Shown: positions 62,925 to 64,000 of the stretch, in pieces | Layout of the letters: every line of letters begins with the position of its first letter | Numbering within the stretch: the stretch's first letter is position 1 | NCBI GenBank assembly: GCA_042408955.1 | Contig: JBHOQQ010000164.1 | Coordinates: forward strand, 1,138-65,137 | Source: Thermomicrobiales bacterium | Lineage (GTDB): Bacteria; Chloroflexota; Chloroflexia; Thermomicrobiales; UBA6265 | Length of the DNA stretch: 64,000 nucleotides | Reading direction: 5' to 3' | The notes under the pieces: generated by a model | What the model saw: the letters and a program-made list of their open reading frames with translations, nothing else | What the model was told of the DNA's origin: nothing | Databases searched by the model: none | Position numbers and translations under genes: made by a program

Positions 62925-64000
62925 TTAGTCCGCGGCCATCGCGGTGCCGCCGGCTTGCTGAATAGCCCGCCAGACTTTCTCCGGCGTGAATGGAATATCC
63001 AAATGCCGGATTCCCCACGGCTCTAGCGCGTCGATGACCGCGTTGGCGACTGCTGGGGTCGAGCCGATCGTTGCCGCTTCACCGATACCCTTGGCGCCCA
63101 TTGGATTGATGTGCGTCGGGGTGACCGTGTGATGCGTCTCGAACGTCGGAAATCCCGTCGCGCGCGGCGCGGCGTAATCGTTCAGCGTACCGGTAATCAG
63201 CTCGCCATTCGCGTCGTAGTGCAGCTCTTCCCAGAGTGCCAGGCCAATTCCTTGAGCCAAACCGCCATGGACTTGCCCGGTGACGAGCAGCGGGCTGATG
63301 ATGTTGCCGCAGTCGTCAACTGAGACGTAGCGCAATAGCTTCACTTCGCCGGTCTCGGGGAAGACTTCGACCACGGCGACATGGGAGCCGAAGGGGAAGG
63401 TCTCCTCTTGCGGCTTGAAGAAATCGGTCGTCTCCAGACCCACATCAATATCGTCGGGGAGATCGCCTGAGTACGCCAGCTCAGCGATGTCCGCCAGCGT
63501 GACACTCCGCGTCGGGACGCCCTTGACCCGGTATTTGCCTTCAGCGAGCTCGATGTCCTCGACCGCTGCTTCCAGCTTATGGGCGGCAATGCGCATCGCC
63601 TTCTCGCGAAGCTTCGTGAGCGACATCACCAGCGCCGCGCCACCGACTGCCAGCGACCGGCTGCCCATCGTTCCGTTGCCCTGCGGCGTGTTGTAGGTGT
63701 CGCCATGGAAGACGACAACCTGGTCAAAGTCGGCACCCAGATAATCGGCTGCCATCTGCGCGAAGGTCGTCTCCAAGCCCTGGCCGTGCGGCGAGATACC
63801 GGTCATGATCGTGACGGCGCCACTGGGCTCGACGCGAACGTGGGAGCTTTCATACGGGCCGAAGCCGCAGATCTCGACATACGAGGAGATGCCGATGCCG
63901 AGATAGCGTCCCTGCTTGCGCAGCTCGGCTTGCTGGCGGCGAAGCTCTTCGTAGCCAATGACCTCCAGCGCCTTATTGAGCGCTTTTTCATATTCGCCGC
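62925..64000 (-). CDS. Xanthine dehydrogenase/CoxL-family molybdopterin-binding subunit, C-terminal part (5' end outside the window)
   Basis: The frame stays open upstream of the track ATG (63806): ...GEYEKALNKALEVIGYEELRRQQAELRKQGRYLGIGISSYVEICGFGPYESSHVRVEPSGAVTIMTGISPHGQGLETTFAQMAADYLG...GTMGSRSLAVGG. This is typical of aldehyde-oxidase/CoxL large subunits. Confidence 0.8.
   Translation of the reverse strand, partial: GEYEKALNKALEVIGYEELRRQQAELRKQGRYLGIGISSYVEICGFGPYESSHVRVEPSGAVTIMTGISPHGQGLETTFAQMAADYLGADFDQVVVFHGDTYNTPQGNGTMGSRSLAVGGAALVMSLTKLREKAMRIAAHKLEAAVEDIELAEGKYRVKGVPTRSVTLADIAELAYSGDLPDDIDVGLETTDFFKPQEETFPFGSHVAVVEVFPETGEVKLLRYVSVDDCGNIISPLLVTGQVHGGLAQGIGLALWEELHYDANGELITGTLNDYAAPRATGFPTFETHHTVTPTHINPMGAKGIGEAATIGSTPAVANAVIDALEPWGIRHLDIPFTPEKVWRAIQQAGGTAMAAD

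Noticed and set aside
63803-63991. 62-aa minus-strand track ORF (MKKRSIRRWRSL...), and the apparent gene start at 63806
   Set aside because: Translating the other frame upstream of 63806 gives continuous CoxL-family sequence (…RYLGIGISSYVEICGFGPYESSHVRVEPSGAVTIMTG…). The molybdoenzyme gene therefore simply continues to the window edge, and the 62-aa ORF is an off-frame artefact.

Overview
GC-rich bacterial chromosomal window (about two-thirds G+C by eye). About 48 credible protein genes. I recognised no rRNA, tRNA, CRISPR array, transposase or integrase. The gene style hints at a Chloroflexota/Thermomicrobia-like organism: Tat-signal solute-binding proteins, zinc-ribbon/PQQ-propeller proteins, and spacers packed with GC hairpins. 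This is a weak inference.

Content, in order:
- A peptide-type ABC importer (binding protein plus two permeases, no ATPase).
- A translationally coupled CaCA antiporter and P-type Ca-ATPase-like pair.
- A copper island: DUF305, a CopC-CopD fusion, a two-domain multicopper oxidase behind a strikingly AT-rich promoter, and a ZIP-like transporter.
- A polytopic-membrane EEP nuclease/phosphatase.
- A NurA-like/HerA-like gene pair.
- A zinc-ribbon PQQ propeller protein and an L,D-transpeptidase with an internal domain duplication.
- nirK with an AhbD/NirJ-like radical SAM enzyme.
- A sugar ABC importer, pcm, and Trk/Ktr K+ uptake genes.
- A minus-strand run of an ECF sigma, a ZAS anti-sigma domain fused to Ogt, an EamA exporter and PPK2.
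- A second peptide-type ABC importer with an M24 peptidase and a nitrilase-family amidase.
- Two unrecognisable genes in a region that looks less GC-rich.
- GH172/DUF2961, an MFS transporter, an agmatinase-family enzyme, a second P-type ATPase and an M28 peptidase.
- A small overlapping gene pair, a CHRD protein, and a four-gene operon led by a zinc-ribbon KAS II.
- A NarL-type response regulator and a truncated CoxL-family molybdoenzyme.

Best candidates for something new:
1. The ECF sigma paired with a soluble ZAS anti-sigma domain fused in-frame to a complete Ogt alkyltransferase.
2. The NurA-like/HerA-like module with a deviant P-loop.
3. The two-gene orphan island at 45078-46842.
4. The zinc-ribbon-KAS II operon.
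5. A recurrent G-quadruplex-motif composite element sitting just after stop codons.

All family calls are motif recognition by eye; no searches were run.
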